A stretch of DNA of 63,928 nucleotides, filler included, from an uncultured Methanoregulaceae archaeon (GCA_964530035.1; 5 parts of 5 records of this genome joined end to end with filler, not necessarily neighbours in it), one strand, 5' to 3'. Counted from the whole stretch's first letter, positions 8,699 through 19,453 are shown. The notes: generated from the letters alone by a model not told the origin. Program-made: numbers and translations.

Positions 8699-9427
8699 TC
8701 AGCCTTCTTTTACAGGAATATCGTATCGGACGGCATAGTCCCTGACAATACCGACGGCAGCCCCGAAGTTGCCGGGCGTGCCGAACAGGACCATGGGGAA
8801 GACCAGGGATTTCCGCGTGAAGTAGATGGCCAGGTCACGGGTATAGATTGTGATCGTCCCGATTTCCTCCCATACCATGGTGTCCTCCTCGCGGGCAATG
8901 GTAACGGCACTCCCTCCTATTGCCGTGAGCGACCCGGTCAGGAGGGAGCCGCCGAGGATGACCCGGTTGTAGCCCTTCCAGTCCTCCAGGGCCTGGTAGC
9001 TGACGCCGCCGGGGGTGATTGAAAATTTCGTTTCAAACCCGCCCCTTGTCGCTTTCTGCATCGCAATGGTGACCACAGCCCCGATCCCCAGGATGAAGAG
9101 AAAGATGATGCCGCTCAACATGAGCCCTGCAGGAAAGGATGCCGGGTTGGCAATCCCGATAACCACGGCGGGAAAAAGACTGGCCACCGCCAGGACGAGC
9201 AGGAGCCGCTTCACCATGAACCCGCCTGTCATCGAGTACCTGGCGGTCCAGGCAAGGGATTTTCCTTCCTGCTGATCAGTTCCGGTTTCCCTGCCTTGGG
9301 AACTGGTTCCTGGCCCCGGGGACCCCGGCAGAGGATCTCCGGTCCCGGTCTGTTTCCCGCAGGATCCGCAGAATGATGCGTCCTGCCCGAGGAGAGCCCC
9401 GCAGAACCTGCAATACCGTGCACTCAC
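8699..9427 (-). CDS. Zinc-ribbon-domain membrane protein
   Basis: YCRFCGA...FCGSCG N-terminus followed by two TM helices. Confidence 0.75.
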   Translation of the reverse strand: MSARYCRFCGALLGQDASFCGSCGKQTGTGDPLPGSPGPGTSSQGRETGTDQQEGKSLAWTARYSMTGGFMVKRLLLVLAVASLFPAVVIGIANPASFPAGLMLSGIIFLFILGIGAVVTIAMQKATRGGFETKFSITPGGVSYQALEDWKGYNRVILGGSLLTGSLTAIGGSAVTIAREEDTMVWEEIGTITIYTRDLAIYFTRKSLVFPMVLFGTPGNFGAAVGIVRDYAVRYDIPVKEG

Positions 9428-9598
9428 ACTGGAGACCTCCGCATACCCACAAATAAATATTTCCTCTCACGGCAGGGTGGTGCCGGGAAGAACCAATCGT
9501 ATTACAACACCGCCTGTATCGGCTGATGTCCGTATGAGGGAATACCTTGCTATAATAATCCCGAAATACACTCCCCGTGGTTATTTCTAAAAAATTTC

Positions 9599-11461
9599 CT
9601 AGACTAACCAGCCGAAAATCATGTTCAGCACCCAGCCTGCACCGATGCCGAGCAGGATGGTATAGCCGGTGACAAAGATGGTCGTCTTCAGTCCGGCCTG
9701 TTTTTTCAGCACGGCAACCGTGGAGATGCACGGGATGAACAGGGACGAGACGACCGCGAAGATGAAGAGCTGGGCCCCGGTCATCACCGTGGAGAGGTCA
9801 GCCGTTCCCGAGAGAACTGCGAGCATCTCGAAGGACATCTCCTTTCTCAGGATCCCGAAGATCAGGGACGTCACCGCGTAGCCCGGCAGGCCGAGCACCG
9901 CCTGCGACAAGGGCTCTATGGCGTTCTGGAACGCGGTGACGAAGCCTGAGTACTGGAGCAGCCCGAGGATGATGCTGGTCACGATGAGGAGCGGCATGGC
10001 GATGAAGAGGAACTCCCTCATCTTTGCCCAGGCCTTCCTGAGGACATCCTTAGGGACCGGGACCCGGAGCGGGACCATCTCGAGGACCATGCCAAGCCTC
10101 GGTCCGGGGCTGAAGCGGGAGAGCAGTATCCCGGTGGTGAGGATGACACCCAGGATGATTGCGTATACGGCGAAAGCTGCGTAAATCCCTACGAACGCGG
10201 CGACGATGCCGGCGATTACCACGGTCCTTGCTGAACAGGGGACGAGCGGGACGAGGAACGATGCGATGAACCGTTCCCGTTTCGTCTCAAGGAGGCGGAG
10301 GGACATGACGGCCGGGACATTGCAGCCGAACCCGAGGACGAGCGGGATGATCGCCTGGCCATGCAGCCCGAGGTGGTGCATGCCCCGGTCGGCGAGGAAC
10401 GCCGCCCGTGTCAGGTAGCCGGTGTCCTCGATAAGGGAGAGGAGGATGGAGAAGGTGAAGACAAACGGCAGGGCGATCCCGAGCCCCCCCTGGAGCCCGA
10501 GCAGGAACGAAAGGCCGACCTGCTGGACGATGGCGGGCAGGCCGAGCGCCATGAATGGTTCGATGACCGCCTCGTTCGTGACCGAGATGATGATCCCTTC
10601 GAGCCATGAGCCGATGGCAAACACCGCCAGGAGCATTCCGATGAGGAGCCCGATGAGGATGGGCACGCCCGGGAACCTCCGCGTCAGGTAGCGGTCGGGG
10701 TCGAATGCCGGGGGCTCCTGCCGGGCCTGGTGCTCGGCCTCTCCGGCTATCCGCCCTGCAAGCGCGTGTCTCTTCCCGGCGATGAGCGTTTCTACTGCGG
10801 TGTTTTCGATCTTCTCCACCTCGCTGGCGAGCATTGCAGCGTCCTCCCGGAGCTCCGGGGTGTCACCCTTCCCGAGGAGTGCAGAGACCGCACCACCCCT
10901 TGTCGTGGAAAAGGTGAACGAAAGGCTGGCAATTGCCGCTTCAATCCCCTTTCCATAGTCAACCCTGACCGTCGGCACCCGGGCCTCCCGTGCGGCGAGG
11001 GGGAGAATGGCATGGACGTTCCGTCCAAGGAGGGCGGAGGCCGAAACGACCGGCACACCTGTCAGGGCCTCGAGACGTGTAATGTCGATAGTGAGGCCAA
11101 GCCGGTCCGTTTCGTCGGCCATGTTCAGTACCATGACCATTGGCAGGCCGAACTCGGAAGCCTCGATGAAGAGGTAGAGGTTCCGGGAGAGGCGGGTCCC
11201 GTCGAGGACCGCTATGATGACATCGGCTTCACGGGAGGCCAGGAAGGATGCGACCAGTTCCTCGTCATCTGAGGTCCCGGAAAGGCTGTACACCCCCGGG
11301 AGGTCGATTACCTCGACCGGGCCGTCCATGGTGCAGACCGAGCCGTGGAGGACCGACCCGGTCGTCCCGGGATAGTTCGCGACCTCGACGCCAAGGCCGG
11401 TGATGGCGTTGAAGAGGAGGGATTTCCCAACGTTTGGGTTACCGAGGAGCGCTGCCTTCAT
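9599..11461 (-). CDS. feoB: Ferrous iron transporter FeoB
   Basis: GNPNVGKS, NYPGTT, DLPG, NMAD; membrane gate motifs GFGCNVPA, PCSAR, PCIST. Confidence 0.96.
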   Translation of the reverse strand: MKAALLGNPNVGKSLLFNAITGLGVEVANYPGTTGSVLHGSVCTMDGPVEVIDLPGVYSLSGTSDDEELVASFLASREADVIIAVLDGTRLSRNLYLFIEASEFGLPMVMVLNMADETDRLGLTIDITRLEALTGVPVVSASALLGRNVHAILPLAAREARVPTVRVDYGKGIEAAIASLSFTFSTTRGGAVSALLGKGDTPELREDAAMLASEVEKIENTAVETLIAGKRHALAGRIAGEAEHQARQEPPAFDPDRYLTRRFPGVPILIGLLIGMLLAVFAIGSWLEGIIISVTNEAVIEPFMALGLPAIVQQVGLSFLLGLQGGLGIALPFVFTFSILLSLIEDTGYLTRAAFLADRGMHHLGLHGQAIIPLVLGFGCNVPAVMSLRLLETKRERFIASFLVPLVPCSARTVVIAGIVAAFVGIYAAFAVYAIILGVILTTGILLSRFSPGPRLGMVLEMVPLRVPVPKDVLRKAWAKMREFLFIAMPLLIVTSIILGLLQYSGFVTAFQNAIEPLSQAVLGLPGYAVTSLIFGILRKEMSFEMLAVLSGTADLSTVMTGAQLFIFAVVSSLFIPCISTVAVLKKQAGLKTTIFVTGYTILLGIGAGWVLNMIFGWLV

Positions 11462-12081
11462 GGGGCCGGCTCCACGAGGACCGACCCGGCAATTTCCCTG
11501 CTGACGGCGATCTCGCAGCTCTTCACCCGAATAATGAGGCTCCGGCCCCGCCCGTTGCGGAGGACCGTGAGGGTCGTGCCTGGCACTATGCCGAGCGCCA
11601 TGAGCCGTTCCTGCCTCTGGCAGCCCCTTATGCCCTGGACTACGACCGCCGCCCCTTCCGGCTGTACCGCCAGGGTCTCCCGGCCATCCCCGTGACGGCT
11701 CCTGAAACGGCAGCAGGGTGCGTCCTCGATGAACGAGCCCAGCCGGGAGATGGCGTCTTCAGAGACGGTATGCTCAAGCGTGCAGGCCTCCTTCGAAGCA
11801 GCCTCGCGGTCCATGCCCAGCACCCGGGAGAAAAACTCCTGGAGGAGCCGGTGCTTCCGCTCGGTCTGCTCTGCGATGCGGAGGCCTGAAGGAGTAAGGA
11901 CGTACCCTTCTCCACCCTGGCTGACGAGTTCACCCGATTTCTCGAGTACTGTGAGTTCGTCGCAGATCGTTTCCTGCGGCATGCACAGCTGCGATGCGAG
12001 GGCCCCTGCCGTGATGGGGGTCCCTGCCCGGGAGAGGGCAAGGGCAGCTTCGAGAAAGTCCTCCCGCAACTGGCGTTCCAT
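11458..12081 (-). CDS. DtxR/MntR-family metal-dependent regulator with C-terminal FeoA domain
   Basis: EDFLEA, LTPSG...RKHRLLQEFF, EACTLEH, then RLMALGIVPG FeoA motif. Confidence 0.9.
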   Translation of the reverse strand: MERQLREDFLEAALALSRAGTPITAGALASQLCMPQETICDELTVLEKSGELVSQGGEGYVLTPSGLRIAEQTERKHRLLQEFFSRVLGMDREAASKEACTLEHTVSEDAISRLGSFIEDAPCCRFRSRHGDGRETLAVQPEGAAVVVQGIRGCQRQERLMALGIVPGTTLTVLRNGRGRSLIIRVKSCEIAVSREIAGSVLVEPAP

Positions 12082-12254
12082 GCATAGCTGTTTCACGCCA
12101 AAGTGATTATGCGTTATGATGCAAACAGCCGGAATGCCGTGTCCTGAAGGGGGGTGGGGGCTCTCCAGGGCGGCAACATTCCTGAAACGGCGTGGTGGCA
12201 GCGAAGGTTCTATAGCGGGTGCCACTCCACCGGATATGATACAGCAACCGTCCT

Positions 12255-13943
12255 ATGCCTGCAACAAACCGTTCGATAGCTGAAGTCCTCAACCATACCG
12301 GCCAGATCATGGAAATAGCAGGTGAGAACCCGTACAAGTCCCTGGCCATGTACCGTGCCTCCGGTGTCATCGAGCGGCTCCCACAGGACATCGCAGGCCT
12401 GTCAAGGAGCGAGCTTGTCGCCTTACCCGGCATCGGGGAGCATATCGCCGACAAGGTCCTCGCCATCGTGGCGACCGGCACTCATCCCGAGCTCGAAGAA
12501 CTCCGTTCGAAGGTCCCTCCCGGTGTCATCGAGCTCCTGGACCTCGACGGTGTCGGGCCGAAGACCATCGTCAGGCTCCAGAAGAAGCTCTCCATCCAGT
12601 CGGTGGATGACCTGGAACGGGCGGCACGACAGCGGAGGATACGGGCCGTCCCGGGGTTCGGGGAGAAAAAGGAACAGGCTTTCTTAAAGGCCATTGCACG
12701 GTACCGGGAAGGAGGCGGCCGGATGACGAGGGACGCCGCTGACAGGGTCGTGGCCAGGGTCGCGGAGGCCTTCACACCCGGCTCGTTCCAGCCTGCCGGA
12801 AGCTACCGCCGGGGCCGGAGCACTATCGGGGACATCGACATCGTAATCACGGAGCCGCCGTCCCTCGTGAACCCGCGGATCAGGCAGCTCGCAGACGAGA
12901 TGATCGACGAAGGGGACCAGCGGACATCGTTCCGGTGTCTTGGCTCCCGCGTGGACGTCAGGTTCACGAACCCCCGGGAGATGGGGGCGATGATGGTATA
13001 CCTGACGGGGTCGAAGGAGTTCAATGTCCGTATCCGTGGCATTGCCGCTTCGAAAGGACTGAAGCTGAACGAGTATGGTATCACGGAGAACGAAACCGGA
13101 AAGGTGCATACGTTTGCCGGCGAGGAAGGGGTCTTCTCCTGGCTCGGCATGGATTTCGTACCGCCGGAACTCCGTGAAAACACCGGCGAGGTCGAGGCGG
13201 CCCTATCCCATTCCCTGCCCGGGCTGGTCACGCAGGAGGAGGTCAGGGGTGATCTCCATGCCCATACCGACTGGTCCGACGGGACGATGACGGTACGCGG
13301 GCTCGCCGAGGCTGCCGCTGCCCGGGGGCTTTCGTACATCCTCTGTTCAGACCACGCTGCATCCCTCGGTATTACCCACGGTCTCGACCCTGAACGGGTT
13401 GCCAGGCAGGCCCGCGAGATTGAAGGGGTGAACCGGGACGCACCGTGCCAGGTACTGCATGGTATCGAGGTGGACATCAGGCCCGACGGGACGTTGACCC
13501 TCCCTTCAGCGGTGCTGGCCGGCCTTGACATCGTCATCGCCTCGGTCCACACCGCCTTCACCCTTGACGAGGACGCCATGACCCGGAGGGTCATGACGGC
13601 GATGGAGGACGAGCACGTGGACATCATCGGCCACCCGACCGGGCGGCTCCTCGGTGAGCGGGACTCTTTTGCTATTGACCTGTCCCGGGTCATCGACCAT
13701 GCCCGCGAGACCGGAACGATGCTCGAGTGCAACACCTCGCCGTGGCGGCTGGACCTTGACGATATTTATATCCGGCAGGCCAAGGAAAAGGGAGTCATCA
13801 TCTCCCTTGGCACCGATTCGCACCGCCGGGAAGACCTTGCCCACATGGCCTACGGGGTCATGGCCGCACGGCGGGGCTGGTGCGGACCGCAGGACATTGC
13901 GAACACCCTGTCCGCCGGGGAACTCCTGAAACGGGTATCATGA
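12255..13943 (+). CDS. polX: DNA polymerase X with PHP domain
   Basis: HhH LPGIG, GSYRRG, GDIDI, YLTGSK, PPELRE, PHP motifs DLHAHT, IIGHPTGR, GTDSH. Confidence 0.95.
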   Translation: MPATNRSIAEVLNHTGQIMEIAGENPYKSLAMYRASGVIERLPQDIAGLSRSELVALPGIGEHIADKVLAIVATGTHPELEELRSKVPPGVIELLDLDGVGPKTIVRLQKKLSIQSVDDLERAARQRRIRAVPGFGEKKEQAFLKAIARYREGGGRMTRDAADRVVARVAEAFTPGSFQPAGSYRRGRSTIGDIDIVITEPPSLVNPRIRQLADEMIDEGDQRTSFRCLGSRVDVRFTNPREMGAMMVYLTGSKEFNVRIRGIAASKGLKLNEYGITENETGKVHTFAGEEGVFSWLGMDFVPPELRENTGEVEAALSHSLPGLVTQEEVRGDLHAHTDWSDGTMTVRGLAEAAAARGLSYILCSDHAASLGITHGLDPERVARQAREIEGVNRDAPCQVLHGIEVDIRPDGTLTLPSAVLAGLDIVIASVHTAFTLDEDAMTRRVMTAMEDEHVDIIGHPTGRLLGERDSFAIDLSRVIDHARETGTMLECNTSPWRLDLDDIYIRQAKEKGVIISLGTDSHRREDLAHMAYGVMAARRGWCGPQDIANTLSAGELLKRVS

Positions 13944-14542
13944 TATACCGGTTGTATGAGTACGCCCTGTCCCGGGCGCTGTCCGACCTTCCCGGGAAGA
14001 TCTGTTTTATGATTACCGCAGGTGACCTTGTCGCGGCCCCCCGGAAGGTCCTCGAAACGGTCATGTGGTGTGACGAGTGGAGGACATCCCCGTCACGGAA
14101 GGGCATTGACCAGGTCACCTTCCATGTCAGCACGTCGCGGCCTGCCGATGTGGGCCCCTGCCTGCCGGTGCTCCGCGAGATCGGTGAGGTCGCCCGCTTC
14201 AACCTCCTGTGCGGTAAAATGACCGAAAAACGGGGTGAAGGCCTGCCCGTAACGGTAGCCATCGGCTATAGCGGCCGCGACGAGATCGCAGGGTGCATCA
14301 GGAAGATGGCAGAAAACGGGGTCAGGTCCTCCGAGGTGGATGAAACGGTCATCGAGCAGTACCTGACGTTCCAGTATGCCCCGGACCTGGTCATCAAGAC
14401 CGGAGGTGATCACCTGACCGATTTCCTCATCTGGCAATCGGTCTACTCCGAGCTGTTCTTCTCAGACGTGAACTGGCCTTCGTTTCGGAAAGTGGACTTC
14501 CTCAGGGCACTCCGTGACTACCAGTCCCGGTCCCGTCGGTTC
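13940..14542 (+). CDS. cis-prenyltransferase (UppS family) paralog lacking catalytic motif; 3' end at contig edge
   Basis: GYSGRDEI, PDLVIKTGG..LTDFLIWQSVYSELFF; no DGNRR. Confidence 0.85.
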
Positions 14543-14642
14543 NNNNNNNNNNNNNNNNNNNNNNNNNNNNNNNNNNNNNNNNNNNNTTAATTAATTAANN
14601 NNNNNNNNNNNNNNNNNNNNNNNNNNNNNNNNNNNNNNNNNN
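14543..14642. other. Artificial contig linker
   Basis: N44-TTAATTAATTAA-N44 (stops in all six frames). Confidence 0.98.
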
Positions 14643-15099
14643 GGCTTTTTTTGACCATTGGCAGGATGACCGTATCATCCTGGAAAACCTGCCTGCACGC
14701 TCCCATGGGTGGAAATTCATCGGGACGACGTCTGATGAAATCAGGCACCTGAATAATGGAAGGCTCAACGGCATATGTCTTGATTTTTCTCATCTCGACT
14801 GTACGGCGGCCTTCAGGGAAGTGCCGTTCAGGGATCTTCTCGCAGGCTTTCATGGTCTGCCAGTCAGTTTCCAGCATATCTCAGGGAAACACCGCGGCGG
14901 TACCGAGGATGCCCACCTCCCCCTTGACAGCCCGGAATCGGACCTGCCCAATGACGAGATCGCGGTGTGGCTCATGGAACACCCGGATATTGCGACCAGT
15001 ATCGAGTACAAGGGGAACGATACTGCCCGGGTGATTGACCAGGTACGGTTTTTTCATGACCATTTCGGAGGCAGGTGCCCGGGGGGGCGGTCATCATAG
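14643..15099 (+). CDS. AP-endonuclease-2/xylose-isomerase-like TIM barrel protein (5'-truncated)
   Basis: Open frame from contig edge: IILENLP, GICLDFSHL, EDAHLPL, TSIEYK; paralog of the next gene. Confidence 0.8.
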
Positions 15100-15932
15100 G
15101 ACCTGCCGGGCCCCTTTCAGGAGTCCTGCCCGGGGCGGGCGTTGAGTCAACAAACCGCACCCATATCCGGGAGCTCGCAGACCTCGTGCATGACGGGGTC
15201 ATTTCCCACCTCCATGTCCTGTTTATACCGGGTCATGCAGGAGATAACCGTAAAACGGTCGATTTTATCAGTTCGGCAGCCGTCCCTGTCACCCTTCACG
15301 CACCGTACCATGTCCATGGGGTCAATCCCTGCGAAGAACGGGCCTTTCAAGCCCCTGCCTGGTTCGGAAACGATTCTTTCACAGACTACGCCATGGCCGA
15401 GACGCTTGAAGCGGCAGATCGGCTGGGTGCACCCCTTGTCGTGGTCCATGCTGGAACTTTCACGACATCGGGCCCGGGTCCGGCCATTGAACGCTTTTAT
15501 AAATTCACAGACCGATGGGCCGACCCGCGTCTCGTCGTTGAAAACCTGCCCGTTACCTTCCGGGGAGCCAGGATGCTTGGAAACACGGCTGCCGACCTGG
15601 CTGTACTGATTTCGGGTACGAAACTGGGGATTTGTCTTGATTTTTCCCACCTGTTTTGTTCCTCTGTTTCGCTGGACCTGCCCTTTAAAGACATGTTATC
15701 AGAATTCAGACCTCTCCCGGTGAAGTATCACCACCTGACGAAGAGTGGTCCCCGCGGGGAGAAGGACGAGCACCTGGGCCTGGACGACCCTCAAGGAGAT
15801 CTCCCGGTAAAAGACGTGCTCACCTGGATACGAGCCCGCCCGGATGTTCCGACGGCATTCGAGTATAAAAAAGGAGGAGCATACAACCGGCGACAGGCGG
15901 AAATCTTTGCTGCTCTCCTCAAGGGGACATGA
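15075..15932 (+). CDS. AP-endonuclease-2/xylose-isomerase-like TIM barrel protein
   Basis: TLHAPY, VVVHAG, VVENLP, CLDFSH, DEHL, FEYK metal-ligand pattern. Confidence 0.85.
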   Translation: MPGGAVIIGPAGPLSGVLPGAGVESTNRTHIRELADLVHDGVISHLHVLFIPGHAGDNRKTVDFISSAAVPVTLHAPYHVHGVNPCEERAFQAPAWFGNDSFTDYAMAETLEAADRLGAPLVVVHAGTFTTSGPGPAIERFYKFTDRWADPRLVVENLPVTFRGARMLGNTAADLAVLISGTKLGICLDFSHLFCSSVSLDLPFKDMLSEFRPLPVKYHHLTKSGPRGEKDEHLGLDDPQGDLPVKDVLTWIRARPDVPTAFEYKKGGAYNRRQAEIFAALLKGT

Positions 15933-16551
15933 ACCGGAGGAGTGGTGCCTTTCCCACAATGGCAGCATGGTCACGGTGCCACGGCTCGAGCCACAGGACC
16001 CGCTCCACCGTACACCCATTGTCACATAAGACCTGGACGCTTTCATTGCAGACCACTGCCGGGTCGCTTTCAACCCTGACACACCGTGTCTTGAGCATGA
16101 TCACGAATGGTGCCCCGGGCTTCAGGAAGGCCATGTTGGCGAGGGCAATAGCCGCCTGGCCAGGCTGGGCCACGTCCTGGTACAGGATGTCAGCCCGCTC
16201 AAGGAGACGGGAATAGGATGCCGGGTTGGCGGCATCACCGAGGATGGGGATAATGTTTTCCACCATTTCAGCCGTTTTTAAAAGGTTCACCATCGGGCCC
16301 GGGGCAAACTCGACGGCATAGACACAGCAGGCATAGTCCGCAACATGGGAGACGGTAGTGCCATGTGCTGCCCCGAGATAGAGGACAACCATCTCCCGGG
16401 TTATTTCAGGTGCGCCACCGAGTTCATACAGGGCAGCAAGCTTGCTCCGGTATGGGTCCCAGACCCTGTACCCCCCGGCCATCCTTTCACCATATACCGG
16501 TTTCCTGCCTGGAGAGACCAGGACACCGTTCACCCTTATCACCGGCGACAC
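15919..16551 (-). CDS. flpA: Fibrillarin-like rRNA/tRNA 2'-O-methyltransferase
   Basis: WDPYRSKLAA, VLYLGAA.GTTVSHV, YAVEF, YQDVAQP. Confidence 0.95.
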   Translation of the reverse strand: MSPVIRVNGVLVSPGRKPVYGERMAGGYRVWDPYRSKLAALYELGGAPEITREMVVLYLGAAHGTTVSHVADYACCVYAVEFAPGPMVNLLKTAEMVENIIPILGDAANPASYSRLLERADILYQDVAQPGQAAIALANMAFLKPGAPFVIMLKTRCVRVESDPAVVCNESVQVLCDNGCTVERVLWLEPWHRDHAAIVGKAPLLRFMSP

Positions 16552-17390
16552 GTCCTTTGCCGTATCAGTTCATCAGACCTTAAGAGAAACCGGGCGTCCG
16601 CTATCCCCCTGTAATAGTCGATCCGTGCCGCTATCGCCACTCTGGCGGCAAGCGTCCTGGATATCCTGCCCCGTACCTTTTTAGGAGCGGCATGGACCCG
16701 CTTGTGTTCGTAGATTATCCCGTGCTTCGGGGGAGGGGCGCCCCCCCTGATGTGGGCAAAAAGCGCCGGTCCGGCACCTAATACCTGTATGGAGGCAGAT
16801 GGGAGGCAGGAGAGCTGTTTCAACCCCCCGGCCGCGGTCATGAGCCTGGCGGCCACCAGGTTCCCGCAGATCATGCTGCAATTCGGGAGGACCTCCCCGG
16901 CAAGGCGTGATATCTCATCCGCGCAGGTACGCCGCAATTTTTTCAGACGCTCGATCTCCTCCAGGCTCGCAGCCGCAACAGGATCCGGGCAGCCGGATGC
17001 AGGAGTGCCGGCAACACCCGGCACGGGACCGGGTGTCATTGATGCCAGTCCAAGGGATTGCATCTCGGCCGTCCTTGACCCGACCAATGCGATGATCCTG
17101 TCGAGGTCTGTCAGGAACCTGACCCGTGTGGCCAGGAGGGTTTCAGGAGCGCGGAGGTAATCCAAAACTCCCTCCCGTGCCATGAATAATGCCAGCCTGC
17201 GGACCTCCGAGAGGTACTGGGCACGGTCACGGTACCGGGCAGATGCCAGGATCTCCTCCCAGGAAGGTACGGAGAGAAATCCGCGCACACCGGCCCCCTC
17301 CCTGACTCGCACGGCCTGTTCAATAATCGTCCCGGTGAAGGGAGTACAATGACTGCCATCGACAGACCCGAACCAGGTCTCAAATCCCAT
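16539..17390 (-). CDS. nop5: Nop5 (Nop56/58) C/D sRNP protein
   Basis: PSASIQVLGA..ALF.H...PPKHGII, IAARIDYY; upstream of fibrillarin. Confidence 0.92.
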   Translation of the reverse strand: MGFETWFGSVDGSHCTPFTGTIIEQAVRVREGAGVRGFLSVPSWEEILASARYRDRAQYLSEVRRLALFMAREGVLDYLRAPETLLATRVRFLTDLDRIIALVGSRTAEMQSLGLASMTPGPVPGVAGTPASGCPDPVAAASLEEIERLKKLRRTCADEISRLAGEVLPNCSMICGNLVAARLMTAAGGLKQLSCLPSASIQVLGAGPALFAHIRGGAPPPKHGIIYEHKRVHAAPKKVRGRISRTLAARVAIAARIDYYRGIADARFLLRSDELIRQRTCRR

Positions 17391-17431
17391 GAAAAAATAA
17401 TTACACCGGCTGCGGCATCAAGGAGACCCTG

Positions 17432-18643
17432 TCATGCAACAGGAAATCCGAGGGTGAATAGTATGACCGGGACGGTTATCGCCCCGATTGACACGACCCG
17501 CGGGATTTCGAAAAGGTTGGGTGTAATGCCAATCAGGGTTGCAAGGAGAAGGACGAGCAGACCGAAAGGACCAGTGAGAACGACACAGAGAAAAATGACT
17601 CCGGCAAGGACACACCGGTTTATGGACTGGCTGTCAAGCCCAGACAATACCCCGACCCGCCGGGAGAGTGCGATTGTGATGATGTAAGCGGCACACCCTG
17701 AAATTGCCCCGACCGCGAAAAGGGCGTATACCGGAGGGAACTCAAAGGAGGCCAGCGCTGCCATGACACCGTTTCTTGTGCGGGACAGGGCGGTCAGCGC
17801 AGCCACCCCGATCATGATGTTGCAGGTATTGGCTGCCGATGAGGCGAGGATATACGCCTCCCTGTTGTTTTTCTTCAGGAGGAACGGCGAGAGCAACCCG
17901 TTGGCGGCTGAATTTGAAAGCCCCGGGAGCCAGCCTACGACAACCCCTGCTGCGGTCCCGGCGAGGGTGCCCCTGGACAGCTCATCACGCTCAAGGGAGA
18001 CTGAACATGGGTGCTGTTCTGGAAAAATCCCCGTTTTAGAGAATAAAAGGACGGGAATTCCAAAGAGGCCTGCCAACAGGGGCAGAAGTACTGCTGATGG
18101 TCCACCCGTGCTCCAACACAGGAAAGAGTATCGCATTGCGAATGTACCCAGGGCTCCCGAAACAAGGAAAACAAGAAGGCACCTTCCAGGCGATTCAGAA
18201 AGGATGATGAAAAGTCCCATGATGCTGATGAGGATGAGCCCCGTCCCCCAGTCCAGGTATGGCTGCAGGGGTGGCAGGAGGAAAAGGGCGCAGACGGCAA
18301 CAGGTATCCCTCCAAGGATACCGAGCACAGAACCAAGGGCGGAGAGCCTGACTGCCTCCTCTCCGCGGCCTTCGAGGCAGAGGGCATGAAGGGGCAGGAC
18401 TGAAACCGCGGTATCCGGGTCAGGAACCCCGAGAAAGGCAGAAGGGACCGCGTCAACGAAAGTATGAGTGACCAGCATGGCAAAAAGGAGACCTGCAACG
18501 GTTTCAGTGCCGATAACCGGAAGGAGGACTGCTTCTGATGAGAGGACGGCACCTGCAACCGTATTCGAATGGATCCCGGGTATAATCCCGGTTGCAGACC
18601 CAAGGCCGATGCCGACCACCGTACCGGCGACCAGGCCAAGCAT
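17432..18643 (-). CDS. Archaeal TctA-like (DUF112) membrane protein
   Basis: TGIIPGIHSNT, PSAFLGVPDPDT..SVLPLH, GWLPGLS; many TM helices. Start trimmed to ATG 18643 to avoid overlap with hemD. Confidence 0.85.
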   Translation of the reverse strand: MLGLVAGTVVGIGLGSATGIIPGIHSNTVAGAVLSSEAVLLPVIGTETVAGLLFAMLVTHTFVDAVPSAFLGVPDPDTAVSVLPLHALCLEGRGEEAVRLSALGSVLGILGGIPVAVCALFLLPPLQPYLDWGTGLILISIMGLFIILSESPGRCLLVFLVSGALGTFAMRYSFLCWSTGGPSAVLLPLLAGLFGIPVLLFSKTGIFPEQHPCSVSLERDELSRGTLAGTAAGVVVGWLPGLSNSAANGLLSPFLLKKNNREAYILASSAANTCNIMIGVAALTALSRTRNGVMAALASFEFPPVYALFAVGAISGCAAYIITIALSRRVGVLSGLDSQSINRCVLAGVIFLCVVLTGPFGLLVLLLATLIGITPNLFEIPRVVSIGAITVPVILFTLGFPVA

Positions 18644-18722
18644 GGGGGAAGGCGTTTTGTAGGGTGGGAAATAAATCAACCGAAAGATAACCAGATGGTT
18701 ACAGGAGTCCGGTGCAGGACAG

Positions 18723-19451
18723 ATGAAAATTGCCATAACACGTCTCAAAGGAAAGGAGGCAGAGGATGAGCCCAGGTGCAGGAAATTCGGACATGAATGC
18801 TTCGCAGTATCTCCGATGCGGTATGAGGTCCACCAGGACCGGGTGGCTGCCTTCGTCCGGACGGTCGAAAGGGGTGAGCTTGATTGTCTCTTCTTTACCA
18901 GTGCCCTCCCTGCAATGGTATTCGGACCGTTGATCCGGGAAACCAATCTTCCAAGGACAATCGCCATAGGCCCTCAGACGGCAAAGGCATTACGGGACTC
19001 AGGGATTTCATGCGAGGTCATGGAACGCCATTACTCGGCCGATTTCATCCCGTATCTCGGCGAGTGGATTAAGGGGAAGAAAATTGGCATTCCCCGCGCC
19101 GATGTACCAAACCCAGCCCTTATCAGCGCGATAATTGAGGCAGGGGGAATACCCTATGAAATCCGCTGTTATGCACTGATCCCCACCGAGGAGGAACTGG
19201 AAATCAATGGCGCTGACGCCATCCTTTTTACAAGCGCCATGTCCTTTAAAAAAGCGATCTGGAAACGCAACAGGGACCTTCTTATCATGGCAATCGGGGA
19301 GGTCACTGCTTCCGTGATGCGCGAGAGCGGGCTGCCCCCGAAGGTCACGGGTGACGGGACACTTGAAGGAACCCTTGACCAGTTGAACAGGTATATCGGG
19401 ACCGGAGATTTGAACAACCAGGGCTCTGCCGGAGACATGGATTCCCGCTGA
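18723..19451 (+). CDS. hemD: Uroporphyrinogen-III synthase
   Basis: MKIAITR, FFTS, IAIGPQTA, ILFTS, AIGEVTA. Confidence 0.88.
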   Translation: MKIAITRLKGKEAEDEPRCRKFGHECFAVSPMRYEVHQDRVAAFVRTVERGELDCLFFTSALPAMVFGPLIRETNLPRTIAIGPQTAKALRDSGISCEVMERHYSADFIPYLGEWIKGKKIGIPRADVPNPALISAIIEAGGIPYEIRCYALIPTEEELEINGADAILFTSAMSFKKAIWKRNRDLLIMAIGEVTASVMRESGLPPKVTGDGTLEGTLDQLNRYIGTGDLNNQGSAGDMDSR

Positions 19452-19453
19452 CC

